Below, piece by piece: positions 18,015 to 27,906 of a stretch of DNA of 64,000 nucleotides. Origin of the DNA: an uncultured Ignavibacteriales bacterium (lineage in GTDB: Bacteria; Zixibacteria; MSB-5A5; GN15; FEB-12); assembly GCA_964627305.1 (NCBI GenBank), contig CAZVHP010000001.1, positions 454,171 through 518,170 on the forward strand. The letters are read 5' to 3'. The position numbers and the translations under genes were made by a program. Within the stretch, counting starts at the first letter, position 1, and every line of letters begins with the position of its first letter. Under the pieces are notes generated by a model. It did not search any database. It saw nothing but the letters and a program-made list of their open reading frames with translations, and was not told where the DNA came from.

Positions 18015-18043
18015 TTGCCCATTTATCAGCGGCGCACTATATA
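18015..18043 (+). promoter_or_regulatory. candidate promoter TTGCCC-N17-TATATA
   Basis: Motif match about 40 nt upstream of the lipoprotein gene. The spacer contains one copy of the 9-nt direct repeat TTTATCAGC (also found at 17974-17982). Confidence 0.3.
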
Positions 18044-18083
18044 CCGTATGGAAAGAATTACCCCCTCGGCAAAAGGAGTCCAT

Positions 18084-18680
18084 GTGCCCATGCCAAAGCT
18101 GCTGCCCCCTGTTGGCGCTATCATCGCAGTCACAGCCATCATACTGATTGCGGCCTGCGGAACCACCTACGTCGTCCAGCACGAAATCGACCGCGAACTC
18201 ACCCTGACCCAGGCCCGGACCCAGGAGCTAAAATACTGCAATATCCTTGCCCACGAGGTCTGCCAGTCCGCCGACAGTATGCTGGTCGTCCATATCCCGC
18301 GAGAACTGGACCTGAACCACAAGGATCGCAACATCAACTCCACCGTCCGGCTGAGCAACGAGGGGTTCGATCCCATCACCATCGAGGCCTACTACATTGT
18401 CCTGATAGATGAGAACGACTTCGCCTACGAGGTCAGCTTCAATGGTCCCGATAACTACAACGAAACCAGACCATTTACACCCGCGCTCACGCTCGAACCG
18501 AGAACGGATGCCACTATCAAGTTTCAGGAGCGCCTGAATCTCGATTCACGCTTCATCAAAGCCGTGAAATTCCTCTACCGTCAGCCGAGCGACCGCGAGT
18601 TCAACCAGATCATGGTCTCCTACAAACCGGTCAACCCCTACGAGGCGGCTCAGGTCTACATGGAGGCGCAGCAGCCGTAA
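18084..18680 (+). CDS. lipoprotein, unknown function
   Basis: Track ORF 18015-18680 trimmed to GTG 18084 (AAGGAG at 18073-18078). ATG 18090 is an alternative start. Lipobox LIAACG. No family recognised. Confidence 0.55.
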   Translation: MPMPKLLPPVGAIIAVTAIILIAACGTTYVVQHEIDRELTLTQARTQELKYCNILAHEVCQSADSMLVVHIPRELDLNHKDRNINSTVRLSNEGFDPITIEAYYIVLIDENDFAYEVSFNGPDNYNETRPFTPALTLEPRTDATIKFQERLNLDSRFIKAVKFLYRQPSDREFNQIMVSYKPVNPYEAAQVYMEAQQP

Positions 18681-18731
18681 GGCGCACATCATCCCCGACC
18701 CCTCGGTCCCCGGCCAAATGATGGTCGCAGA

Positions 18732-19541
18732 TTAGCGGATCGTGTCGGCGGCGAAACGGAATCTGACACCCCCATTGTGCAGATCGAGTTCGCGCAGAAT
18801 CCGCCCGGCCTGAGCCGGGCTGATGCACTGCTGAGGCGTGCCGCGTCGGGTGGGGAAGAGGCCTCGAGACTCAGGTAGCTGATCGCCAATGTAATCAAAT
18901 ATGGCCGCCGAGACGAACATCGTATCGCCCGTCCTGCCCGAGATCGTGTTGTCAGTGCAGTCCTCCCAGAAGAAGAACAAGGGCACCGCCGTATCCGTCA
19001 GTATCTCCCGAGATGCACCCGCGAAAACAATCCTCAGCAGGCTGGCCGTACGATCCAGTCCGTAGCACCGGGGACGGACCTGATCCGGAACAGCCTCAGC
19101 CAGGGCAACGATCTGCCACAGCACCGGCGGATAGTCCGCTTTGCTTTCAATATCACGCACCGGCCCCGCATGGAAAAACTCCCACCGACAGGAATCGTAA
19201 ATCACCCCCGGAATGATGTCGGCTATCTCCACCAGGTCACTGGCCACCGCGATCTTCAGATCGAAGCCTGCCATAGTGTGGCCGTTGGACTCCAGAAGAA
19301 CATCGATTGTGTCGTACAGATGACCATCACCAATCCGGAGCCTCTCAATATACAACGCAAACCGAGACCGCCCCGCCTGAGCCGTTGGCTCGGTCGCATG
19401 CGCTGCAACCACTCCGGAATCGGGTGTCGCTGCCTGGGGAGCAACTCCCTCTATCACCGGATCACCTGAGATTCGGTCGGGAGCGGCGGCAGCCGTCGCA
19501 ACTGCCAGGAGGACAGCCAAACCCGTGAGCATCTTCCACAT
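18732..19541 (-). CDS. secreted protein with cohesin-like domain (paralog family A)
   Basis: Trimmed to the Met preceding the signal peptide (MWKMLTGLAVLLAVATAAAA). It shares the segment AVPLFFFWEDCTDNTIS with AVPFMFADCGDNIVYT of the next gene. The fold assignment is a guess. Confidence 0.5.
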   Translation of the reverse strand: MWKMLTGLAVLLAVATAAAAPDRISGDPVIEGVAPQAATPDSGVVAAHATEPTAQAGRSRFALYIERLRIGDGHLYDTIDVLLESNGHTMAGFDLKIAVASDLVEIADIIPGVIYDSCRWEFFHAGPVRDIESKADYPPVLWQIVALAEAVPDQVRPRCYGLDRTASLLRIVFAGASREILTDTAVPLFFFWEDCTDNTISGRTGDTMFVSAAIFDYIGDQLPESRGLFPTRRGTPQQCISPAQAGRILRELDLHNGGVRFRFAADTIR

Positions 19542-19577
19542 ATGGCTATTATACGCGCCCAAGGTCGGCCAGCTCAA

Positions 19578-21152
19578 TCATTTAAGCAACATCATCTTGC
19601 GCGACTCTGACCAATCGCCGGCCTCAAGACGATACAAGTAGACGCCGCTGGCGGCCAGGGCCCCATCACTGGTGCGCCCGTCCCACTCGAGGCTGGTCCA
19701 TCCCCGGTCATTTCTCCCCTCATATTGCCTGACCAGCCGTCCGGCAATATCGTAAATGCCAAGACTCCAGGAACTCGTCCGGGGCAAATAGAAGTCTATG
19801 CGGGTGTTCGGATTGAATGGGTTCGGGTAGTTGGCGCCAAGAAAAGCAGTGCCCGGCAAAGGTGGCCGTTTTGGCCGAACATCCGTGAACTCCCCGATCA
19901 TGACTGGCGACAGATCTGCCGCTGCCAGCCGTTCGATGATCTGTCCGGGGATCATCCCTTCGAAGTAAACTATCGCCAGATCAGTGGACCAGTGATCAAT
20001 CCACGGATTATCGGGGCTCCCGCCCAACCCAAGAATCCGCAACCGCGCGCCCTGAGACTCAACACGCTGTTGCCCGAACAGCCCGGGGTTCTGGTCATGA
20101 ACGAACACGACAGAATCCACGATCCCTCCCACCGTGCTCAGCCTCAGGTTGTATCCTCCAACAGGCACATCCGCGCGCAAGCTGATCAGCAACTGCCCCG
20201 GTGCCAGTAACGTGTAGTGGAAACTCCCATGATAGTACCCAGTCGGATTAGGCTGGGGAAGCGACAGGCCGAGCAGTTTATACCGCAGTGCGACAAGATC
20301 AGTCAGGGTCGTGTCGATACCGTCCACATCAACATCAGTGGCCGCGATCTGGCGTTCCCGATCAATCGTGAACACCGAATCACCATACTGGAAGAACCGA
20401 CAAAAAAGCTCCAGATCCGTCTCTTCACACGCCCGCCCGTCCAGATCAATGTCCCCGGGAATGTCACCGAAACTGCCCGCAGCTGCAATCGCACCGGCGT
20501 GAAACGCCACCGCCGGCACAGGTTGCGAACTGCCGGCAACAAGCTGCTCAAAGCACCCTGCCGCCGGTCCCGTCAGGCTGGGCATGGACTCGTCGAAACC
20601 TGTCACGTCCACGCTGTCAGCATCGAAGACCTGCCGGGCCATCAACGCCGTGTCCCGACCCGCTGTATAGACGATATTGTCGCCGCAGTCAGCGAACATG
20701 AACGGCACCGCGATGATACCCCCCGCAGATTGGGATTCTGACACCGCCAACGTGATTTGCCACAGCACCAGTGAATCCACCAGCACCGTCTGGCTGTCAT
20801 CTGAACTGTACGATGCGTTAAGGATCAACAATCGGTCGTAGCCGGCATGCACCAGTGACCGCAACTCGAAGGTTGTCACCTCCCATGCCTGACCCTGCGG
20901 CATGGCCTCGATTCCCGTCACCTGTAGTTTGTCCGATGCCACCCCGATCGCCAGCCTTATCGACGACACCGCCACCGGCGAACTGCTGTCGACCGCACTC
21001 AAAGAAATCTCGACCACCGCCTTGTTGTCGTCATCGGCAGCAGCGTGACCGGCTGTCACGCGACATCTCGGCTGATCCTCGCCAGTCACCGATGCTGACA
21101 ACAGAAGGACAGCAACCACAACCCGGAAAAGCAGCAGGTATGTGTGCCCCAT
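19578..21152 (-). CDS. secreted protein: cohesin-like domain + dockerin-like Ca-loop pair + T9SS type-A C-terminal sorting domain
   Basis: Trimmed to MGHTYLLLF (signal peptide). It has two DxDxDG loops (DIDLDGRACEETD, DVDVDGIDTTLTD). The C-terminus ANYPNPFNPNTRIDFYLP...IYDIAGRLV...GVYLYRLEAG...RKMMLLK is the classic T9SS CTD. Confidence 0.7.
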   Translation of the reverse strand: MGHTYLLLFRVVVAVLLLSASVTGEDQPRCRVTAGHAAADDDNKAVVEISLSAVDSSSPVAVSSIRLAIGVASDKLQVTGIEAMPQGQAWEVTTFELRSLVHAGYDRLLILNASYSSDDSQTVLVDSLVLWQITLAVSESQSAGGIIAVPFMFADCGDNIVYTAGRDTALMARQVFDADSVDVTGFDESMPSLTGPAAGCFEQLVAGSSQPVPAVAFHAGAIAAAGSFGDIPGDIDLDGRACEETDLELFCRFFQYGDSVFTIDRERQIAATDVDVDGIDTTLTDLVALRYKLLGLSLPQPNPTGYYHGSFHYTLLAPGQLLISLRADVPVGGYNLRLSTVGGIVDSVVFVHDQNPGLFGQQRVESQGARLRILGLGGSPDNPWIDHWSTDLAIVYFEGMIPGQIIERLAAADLSPVMIGEFTDVRPKRPPLPGTAFLGANYPNPFNPNTRIDFYLPRTSSWSLGIYDIAGRLVRQYEGRNDRGWTSLEWDGRTSDGALAASGVYLYRLEAGDWSESRKMMLLK

Positions 21153-21226
21153 ATCGTAACCCCGCAATATGCGCAACCATCAAGTCAGCCCTTCCGGCGC
21201 AGGACCTGATGGCTGCTGTCACTATA

Positions 21227-21799
21227 TTACTTGACAACCCTGTACTGATATGGCCCGTGCCACGTGGGTTCGTGGGCCGGGGCCGAGTAAAGCCAGTTAC
21301 CCCCGGGCGGGAAAAACGCCGAGTCGATCACCAGCGTCCCCGGTTCCGGCACGATCAGATCAAAGCTCAGCTTGCGCTCCCAGTCATGTGGCTCGTACCG
21401 ACGCTTGACACACACGCCGCCAAACCCTAACAGCTCGGGCAGTTCGCCATCCCAGTCGCGCGGAACCACGAAGATGCCGGCTAAATCCCAGATGGAACGA
21501 TCCTCGAAACCGCCATATCCTTTAACATCACCATGCTCATTCAAACCGTTCCCGCTGTCAGCAGGGTGCACAACGCGCTTGATGTCCGGAGACGTGATCG
21601 CGAAACCAAGGGTGAAACCGGCCCACGAGGTGTCATTGAGAAACATGATATCCACCGAGACCTTCTCACCCACCTTGATCGTGGAATCGTTAACAGCGCC
21701 GGGCCCGCTGATCTGCAGGGCAACCTCAGCCGCAGGCGCAAGCGGGGCCGCGCACAGCATCATCAGCATTAGCGAAACTACCAGTCTGACAGAATTCAT
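21227..21799 (-). CDS. secreted protein, cohesin-like (paralog family A)
   Basis: Trimmed to MNSVRLVVSLMLMMLCAAPLAPAA (signal peptide). It is beta-rich and of similar size and context to the two upstream paralogs. No family recognised. Confidence 0.5.
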   Translation of the reverse strand: MNSVRLVVSLMLMMLCAAPLAPAAEVALQISGPGAVNDSTIKVGEKVSVDIMFLNDTSWAGFTLGFAITSPDIKRVVHPADSGNGLNEHGDVKGYGGFEDRSIWDLAGIFVVPRDWDGELPELLGFGGVCVKRRYEPHDWERKLSFDLIVPEPGTLVIDSAFFPPGGNWLYSAPAHEPTWHGPYQYRVVK

Positions 21800-22046
21800 C
21801 TGTACACTCCGAGCATAATAATTCAAAGTCTTCCAGTAAGCGGGTGTTCACACCTTCCGTGTCGGCCGCAGGGCAACATCGTTGCCGCATGGCCTTTCTA
21901 CCCCTGCCTGCAGGGTCGGTTCCCGGTACGGCCAGTATAGGATTGTCTCGACCTCGTGTCAATCGGTATTGCCGCTTCCGATCGTGCAAGTCACTTGCAG
22001 GCACAACGATGTGCTCTGCCCGCCCAGTCCCCCAAATAGCTTTTTA

Positions 22047-22073
22047 TTGACCCGCGCGTTCGTTGCGTATATC
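22047..22073 (+). promoter_or_regulatory. candidate promoter TTGACC-N15-TATATC upstream of sdhC
   Basis: Motif match 30 nt upstream of ATG 22102. The spacer is short, so confidence is low. Confidence 0.25.
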
Positions 22074-22101
22074 CTTGCAAAGAACAGGAAAGGAATCAAG
22101 G

Positions 22102-22836
22102 ATGGCAACAACTCAGACTCAATCCGCTGTCCTCCCGGGTCCACCCACAACCGCTGTCGCCACTGCCTCGATCGGCAAGAAGATCCTCATGGCCGCCAGC
22201 GGCATTGTTCTGATTCTCTTCGTGGTTGGGCACATGGTGGGCAACTTGCAGTTATTCATGGGCCAGGATCAGCTCAATACCTATGCCAAAGCGCTTCAGA
22301 ACCTTGGCGCTGCCTTATGGCTTATACGCGGGTTCCTGCTGGCCATGCTCGTTATTCACGTGTGGGTCGGCGTGCTGCTCTGGCTGGAGAACCGCCGGGC
22401 GCGCGGCCAGCGATATGCGAAGAACGCCACCGTCACCGCCACCATTACCTCCCGAACGATGATCTACACTGGCCTGGCCATCTTCTTCTTCGTCATCTAT
22501 CATCTGGCCCACTTCACCTTTCTATGGACGCATCCCGAGTACGCCACCCTGCACGATGCCGCCGGAAGACACGATGTCTACTCCATGGTCATTCTCGGCT
22601 TCCAGCAACCGGTGATCTCGGCTGCCTACATCCTCGGCATGTTGTTCTTGTCATTCCATCTGTCCCACGCCATCTTCAGCATCTTCCAGACACTGGGCAT
22701 CAACCGGCCCAGCTGTCAGCCGAAACTCAGGGCGATGGCGTACATCATGACCATCATCGTCGTTGCCGGGTACATTTCGATGCCACTGGCAGTGCTGACC
22801 GGAGTGCTCACCCTGCCACCGGGCGTACATCCCTAA
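22102..22836 (+). CDS. sdhC: succinate dehydrogenase/fumarate reductase dihaem cytochrome b subunit (b558 type)
   Basis: Track ORF trimmed to ATG 22102. It has five hydrophobic helices with conserved His (VGHMVGNL, VIHVW, YHLAHF, FHLSHAI) and lies immediately upstream of sdhA/sdhB. Confidence 0.85.
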   Translation: MATTQTQSAVLPGPPTTAVATASIGKKILMAASGIVLILFVVGHMVGNLQLFMGQDQLNTYAKALQNLGAALWLIRGFLLAMLVIHVWVGVLLWLENRRARGQRYAKNATVTATITSRTMIYTGLAIFFFVIYHLAHFTFLWTHPEYATLHDAAGRHDVYSMVILGFQQPVISAAYILGMLFLSFHLSHAIFSIFQTLGINRPSCQPKLRAMAYIMTIIVVAGYISMPLAVLTGVLTLPPGVHP

Positions 22837-22857
22837 ACCAGGAGGGTCAAAGACCGT

Positions 22858-24771
22858 ATGGAACTCCAATCGAAAATACCCTCAGGTCCGCTCGCCGAAA
22901 AGTGGGACAAACACCGGTTCCAGATGAAGCTCGTCAACCCGGCCAACAAGCGCAAGTTCACCGCCATCATCGTCGGCACCGGACTTGCCGGCGGGTCCGC
23001 CGCCGCCGCTATGGCCGAACTCGGTTACAACGTCCTGGCTTTCTGCTACCAGGACAGCGCTCGCCGCGCCCACAGCATCGCCGCCCAGGGAGGTATCAAC
23101 GCCGCCAAGAACTATCAGAACGATGGCGACTCCATCTGGCGGCTGTTCTATGACACGGTCAAAGGCGGCGATTTCCGCTCGCGCGAGGCCAATGTCTACC
23201 GACTGGCGCAGGTCAGTAACGAGATCATCGACCAGTGTGTCGCCCAGGGAGTCCCCTTCGCGCGCGAATACGGAGGCACCCTCGCCAACCGCTCCTTTGG
23301 CGGGGCGCAGGTCTCACGCACCTTCTACGCCCGTGGCCAAACCGGCCAGCAACTGCTGCTCGGAGCCTACCAGGCCCTCAGCCGACAGGTCGCCGCCGGC
23401 AAGGTGAAACTGTTCACCCGCCACGAAATGCTCGACCTCGTCCTCGTCGACGGACACGCCAAGGGGATTGTCACCCGCGACATGGTCACCGGCAAAATCG
23501 AATCATTTGCCGCCGATGCCGTCATACTGGCCACAGGGGGATACGGCAACGTGTTCTTCCTGTCAACCAACGCCAAAGGCTGCAACGTCACCGCGACCTA
23601 CCGTGCCTACCGACGGGGAGCGCTATTTGCCAACCCCTGCTACACCCAGATCCATCCCACCTGTATCCCGGTCTCCGGAGACTACCAGTCGAAACTGACC
23701 CTCATGTCCGAATCGCTGCGTAACGACGGCCGCATCTGGGTCCCCAGGAACAAAGGAGACAACCGTCACCCCAATGACATCCCGGAGCAGGACCGCGATT
23801 ACTATCTCGAGCGCAAATACCCCAGCTTCGGCAATCTTGCACCGCGTGACATCTCCTCGCGCTCGGCCAAAGAGGTATGCGATGAAGGCCGCGGGGTCGG
23901 CGAAACCGGACGAGGCGTGTACCTCGACTTCTCCGATGCCATCAACCGTCTCGGCAAGAGCCTGATCGAGGATCGCTACGGCAACCTCTTCCAAATGTAC
24001 GAGCGCATCACCGGCGAGGACCCGTACACCGTACCCATGCGCATCTACCCGGCCAGCCACTACACTATGGGCGGCCTCTGGGTCGACTACAACCTCATGA
24101 GCACCATCCCCGGACTGCACGTGATCGGCGAGGCCAATTTCTCGGATCATGGCGCCAACCGCCTCGGCGCCTCCGCCCTCATGCAGGGACTGGCCGACGG
24201 GTACTTCGTCCTGCCGTATACCATCGGTGACTATTTCGCGCGTACCGGCCCGACCAAAGTAACCGTCGACCACCCGGAGTTCAAAAAGGTCGAAGAGGAA
24301 GTCCGTGCTCGCATCAGCAAACTAATCTCCATCAACGGAAAACGCACCGTCGACACCTTCCACCGCGAACTTGGCAATATCATGTGGGAGTACTGCGGCA
24401 TGTCCCGCAACGAGGCCGGACTGAAAAAGGCGCTGGAGCTCATCCCGAAACTCCGGGAGGAATTCTGGGAGGATGTCAAGGTGCTCGGCGGCAATGAAGA
24501 GATGAATCAGGCCCTCGAAAAAGCAGGCCGGGTCGCCGACTTCTTCGAGTTCGGCGAAATGATGTGCTGGGATGCCCTCGAACGCGATGAGAGCTGCGGT
24601 GCACACTTCCGCGAGGAACACCAGACCGAGGAAGGGGAGGCTGTCCGCAACGATGAGAAGTTCTGCCACGTAGCGGCATGGGAGTTCACTGGCGTCGACA
24701 GCAAACCCACGCGGCATGTCGAGGAGCTTCACTTCGAGAACGTTGAACTGGCCACAAGGAGCTACAAGTAA
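22858..24771 (+). CDS. sdhA: succinate dehydrogenase/fumarate reductase flavoprotein subunit
   Basis: 637 aa. It has the FAD fold [13 protein letters not shown], the covalent-FAD His context [22 protein letters not shown] and the ESCGAHFR active-site region. Confidence 0.95.
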   Translation: MELQSKIPSGPLAEKWDKHRFQMKLVNPANKRKFTAIIVGTGLAGGSAAAAMAELGYNVLAFCYQDSARRAHSIAAQGGINAAKNYQNDGDSIWRLFYDTVKGGDFRSREANVYRLAQVSNEIIDQCVAQGVPFAREYGGTLANRSFGGAQVSRTFYARGQTGQQLLLGAYQALSRQVAAGKVKLFTRHEMLDLVLVDGHAKGIVTRDMVTGKIESFAADAVILATGGYGNVFFLSTNAKGCNVTATYRAYRRGALFANPCYTQIHPTCIPVSGDYQSKLTLMSESLRNDGRIWVPRNKGDNRHPNDIPEQDRDYYLERKYPSFGNLAPRDISSRSAKEVCDEGRGVGETGRGVYLDFSDAINRLGKSLIEDRYGNLFQMYERITGEDPYTVPMRIYPASHYTMGGLWVDYNLMSTIPGLHVIGEANFSDHGANRLGASALMQGLADGYFVLPYTIGDYFARTGPTKVTVDHPEFKKVEEEVRARISKLISINGKRTVDTFHRELGNIMWEYCGMSRNEAGLKKALELIPKLREEFWEDVKVLGGNEEMNQALEKAGRVADFFEFGEMMCWDALERDESCGAHFREEHQTEEGEAVRNDEKFCHVAAWEFTGVDSKPTRHVEELHFENVELATRSYK

Positions 24772-25523
24772 TGAATCTCACACTTCACGTCTGGCGACAA
24801 AAAAACGCGCAGGACAAAGGGCGCATGGAGACCTACCAGGCCCGCGATATCAGTGAGCATATGTCGTTCCTGGAGATGCTCGATGTGGTCAATGAGCAAC
24901 TAATGGAACAGGAAATCGAACCGATCCACTTCGATCATGACTGCCGCGAAGGTATCTGCGGCATGTGCTCGATGGTCATCAACGGCATCGCCCACGGTCC
25001 CGAGCGCGGAACCACTGTCTGCCAGCTCCACATGCGCCACTTCAAAGACGGCGATGAAATCTACATCGAACCCTGGCGGTCACGCGCCTTTCCGGTCCTG
25101 CGCGACCTTGTCGTCGACCGCGCGGCCTTCGACCGCGTCATTCAGGCAGGCGGCTATGTGTCGGTCAACACCGGAGGCACGCCCGATGCCAACGCTATTC
25201 CCATCGCCAAACTGGACGCCGACCGCGCTATGGACGCCGCCGCCTGCATCGGCTGCGGCGCCTGCGTCGCTGCCTGCAAGAACGCCTCGGCAATGCTCTT
25301 TGTGGCGGCCAAGATCGGCCATCTGGCAAGCCTGCCTCAGGGACGCATCGAGGCCGAACACCGCGCAGGGAAGATGGTCGCCCAGATGGATGCCGAAGGG
25401 TTCGGCAACTGCACCAACTACTTCGAGTGCGAGGCCGTTTGCCCCAAGGACATATCCGTCGACTTCATCGCGCAAATGAACCGGGAGTTCATGAAATCCG
25501 CTTGGCGACGCTCCCGCCGCTAA
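24771..25523 (+). CDS. sdhB: succinate dehydrogenase/fumarate reductase iron-sulfur subunit
   Basis: 250 aa. It has three Cys clusters: [20 protein letters not shown] and [12 protein letters not shown]. The start overlaps the sdhA stop. Confidence 0.95.
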   Translation: MNLTLHVWRQKNAQDKGRMETYQARDISEHMSFLEMLDVVNEQLMEQEIEPIHFDHDCREGICGMCSMVINGIAHGPERGTTVCQLHMRHFKDGDEIYIEPWRSRAFPVLRDLVVDRAAFDRVIQAGGYVSVNTGGTPDANAIPIAKLDADRAMDAAACIGCGACVAACKNASAMLFVAAKIGHLASLPQGRIEAEHRAGKMVAQMDAEGFGNCTNYFECEAVCPKDISVDFIAQMNREFMKSAWRRSRR

Positions 25524-25576
25524 GGCCCGCTCGCAACGCCGGACCGACACCCGCCATCGCCAGACCAGACATCTCG

Positions 25577-25606
25577 GCCCGCTCCGATCAGGGGCGGGCT
25601 TTCTGT
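25577..25606. terminator. intrinsic terminator after sdhB (between convergent genes)
   Basis: GCCCGCTCC (25577-25585), loop GATCA, GGGGCGGGC (25591-25599); 9 bp with one G-U pair. It is followed by TTTCTGT. Confidence 0.55.
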
Positions 25607-25639
25607 CATCTCATACCATCCGGATGCAGGTGTAATTGA

Positions 25640-26419
25640 CTACGCAACCACCACGTACTGCTGACCATCCTCCGCAAGCTGCACATTCTCCAGCCCGATC
25701 TTGTCGATCCGAACCCTCAACTCATCCACCGCCCGCGGATCCCCCAGATGCGTCAGCACAAACGTCGTCTGCGGGTTGCTCCCTGCAAACGACAGAAACT
25801 CGGCCATGTCAATGTGCGTCGACTCGACCACCACCAGATCATCCCCTGCCTGCAGCACCGGTCGCAGGTCACCAAAAGACGACAGATCGGCCGAATAGAC
25901 AATCCGCGCCCCCTCGGCCTCAACCGCAAGGCTGCTGCACTGCATCCCGTTGGGCAGCCCCAGCCGCTCGATGTCAGCAGCATAGCCTTCAAGATGCCTG
26001 TTAGGGTAAGCCGTGATCCGCAACGGCTCCTCGGCGGTCATCCCGGCGGCATATCCCACAATCGTCAAATCGAATCCGAAGCGCTCGCCGATGATGTACA
26101 CCGAGGGCAGATACGCCCTCAGCGGCCCAACGAACTCCTCCGGTACCAAAACCACCAGCGGCCGCACCCTCCCCGCCAGGTGCTCAAGCTGAATGAAAAG
26201 CGGAATCTCGCAGCAGTGGTCCGGGTGTGTGTGGCTGATGACTATCCGGTCCACCGCCAGCGGATCGAAGCCGGCACGCAAGAAGGCACTCGTCACTCCA
26301 CCGCCGCAGTCAAGAAGCGTCAATGCATCCCCGCACGATACCACGTAGCCGGAGCTGGCCCGGTCTGCCTGAGGGAAGCCCGATGATGAACCAAGTATCG
26401 TGAAAGTGACACCACTCAT
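25640..26419 (-). CDS. MBL-fold metallo-hydrolase (RNase Z-like)
   Basis: 259 aa. Motifs: FTILGSSSGFP, LLDCGGG and the HxHxDH motif SHTHPDH. Confidence 0.8.
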   Translation of the reverse strand: MSGVTFTILGSSSGFPQADRASSGYVVSCGDALTLLDCGGGVTSAFLRAGFDPLAVDRIVISHTHPDHCCEIPLFIQLEHLAGRVRPLVVLVPEEFVGPLRAYLPSVYIIGERFGFDLTIVGYAAGMTAEEPLRITAYPNRHLEGYAADIERLGLPNGMQCSSLAVEAEGARIVYSADLSSFGDLRPVLQAGDDLVVVESTHIDMAEFLSFAGSNPQTTFVLTHLGDPRAVDELRVRIDKIGLENVQLAEDGQQYVVVA

Positions 26420-27441
26420 GTCAGCCTCTGTATCTGCCCCAGCGCGAATTCTATGTCCGCACGCGTCACATCAAGATGCGTCACGAACCTGATCTGCTGC
26501 GGTCCGAACGGTATCCCCAGAACACCCACCGACTGCAGACGTTCCAACAATGACACCGCCGACTCATCGGTGGCTATATCCGCCAGCACGATATTGGTCT
26601 GCACCCGCTCCATATCGACCGTAAACAGCGCCATATCGGCAAGCCGCTCGGCAAGATACCGAGCGTTCTCGTGATCCTCATCAAGCCGCTCGATATTGTG
26701 TCGCACCGCATACAGCCCGGCCGCCGCCAGAATGCCCGCCTGACGCATCCCCCCGCCAAACAGCTTGCGCTCGCGCATGCACTGGTTGATGAAAGCGCGC
26801 GAACCCAGCGCCAGTGAACCAACCGGCGCCCCCAAACCCTTCGACAAACACACCGATACCGAATCGAACGGCCGCACCAGCTCCGGCAGCGGTATCCCGG
26901 TAGCCACGTGGGCATTCCATATCCGCGCCCCGTCCAGATGGAAGATCAGGTCAAACTCATCGCACACCTCGCGAACCCTGAGAATCTCATCCTGCGGCAG
27001 GATTGTCCCCCCATGATGGTTGTGCGTGTTCTCCAGCGCCACCAGCTTCGTAATCGGCGTGTGCAGGTTCACCGGACGGACAGACCGACGCACCATATCG
27101 GCGGTGACCATGCCATGATGCGTCGTCAGCAAATTGACCAGCAGGCCGCTGTGGACCGCCGGCCCGGCCTGCTCGTAATTCACAATGTGGCACTGACGAT
27201 CGCACAGAAGCTCCCAACCCGGCCGCGAGTGCGCCCGCAGACAGATCTGGTTACTCATCGTGCCGCTGGGCACATACAGGGCCGCCTCAACCTCGAACAG
27301 GTCCGCCACATACTCCTGCAGGGCATTGACCGAGGGATCGTCGCCGAAGACGTCATCGCCGACCTCGGCGCGGGCCATCACCTGCCGCATCTCCTCTGAG
27401 GGGCGGGTGACCGTATCACTGCGTAAATCGATTGTTCTCAT
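26416..27441 (-). CDS. ltaE: low-specificity L-threonine aldolase
   Basis: Trimmed to MRTIDLRSDTVTRP. Motifs: GDDVFGDDPS, SGTMSNQ and the PLP-Lys context SVCLSKGLGAP. Confidence 0.85.
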   Translation of the reverse strand: MRTIDLRSDTVTRPSEEMRQVMARAEVGDDVFGDDPSVNALQEYVADLFEVEAALYVPSGTMSNQICLRAHSRPGWELLCDRQCHIVNYEQAGPAVHSGLLVNLLTTHHGMVTADMVRRSVRPVNLHTPITKLVALENTHNHHGGTILPQDEILRVREVCDEFDLIFHLDGARIWNAHVATGIPLPELVRPFDSVSVCLSKGLGAPVGSLALGSRAFINQCMRERKLFGGGMRQAGILAAAGLYAVRHNIERLDEDHENARYLAERLADMALFTVDMERVQTNIVLADIATDESAVSLLERLQSVGVLGIPFGPQQIRFVTHLDVTRADIEFALGQIQRLT

Positions 27442-27491
27442 AGGCAGAGAATATACCCCCCACCCCCCCCGCAAGCAAGCGCCGCAACAGG

Positions 27492-27902
27492 TCAATCATC
27501 CAGGAAGCAACGAATCTTCTTTTCAAGTGCATTCATGTCTTTGAGCTGACACTCCCATATCACAAGCGCATCCCATCCAAGGCGCCTTATCTCACGCAGA
27601 TTGGCCTTGTCACGTCTTCTGTTCGACTCCCGCTTGATACGCCAGAACTCGGCATTGGTCCTGGGCACCACTCTGCCGAAGCGACATCTGTGCATATGCC
27701 AGTAACAGCCATGAACGAACATAACCTTTCTCTGTCTGATGAACGCGAGATCGGGATTTCCGGGCAGGTCCTTTCTGTGCAGTCGAAAGCGATAGCCCAT
27801 TCGATGGACGAGCCTCCTTACCGCCATTTCCGGCTTGGTATTCTTCGAGCGTATGGCGGCCATGTTATGGCTGCGTTGCTCGGGTGTGTGGACATCAACC
27901 AC
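27492..27902 (-). CDS. vsr: very short patch repair endonuclease
   Basis: 136 aa. Motifs: RSHNMAAIRSKNTKPE, PGNPDLAF, VMFVHGCYWHMHRC, TNAEFWRIKRESNRRRD, GWDALVIWECQL. Confidence 0.9.
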   Translation of the reverse strand: MVDVHTPEQRSHNMAAIRSKNTKPEMAVRRLVHRMGYRFRLHRKDLPGNPDLAFIRQRKVMFVHGCYWHMHRCRFGRVVPRTNAEFWRIKRESNRRRDKANLREIRRLGWDALVIWECQLKDMNALEKKIRCFLDD

Positions 27903-27906
27903 AGTG

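Noticed and set aside
21882-23153. 423-aa plus-strand ORF spanning the sdhC region and the start of sdhA in another frame
   Set aside because: The Arg/His/Pro-rich translation is typical of an off-frame reading of GC-rich coding DNA. The sdhC and sdhA frames carry clear family motifs.
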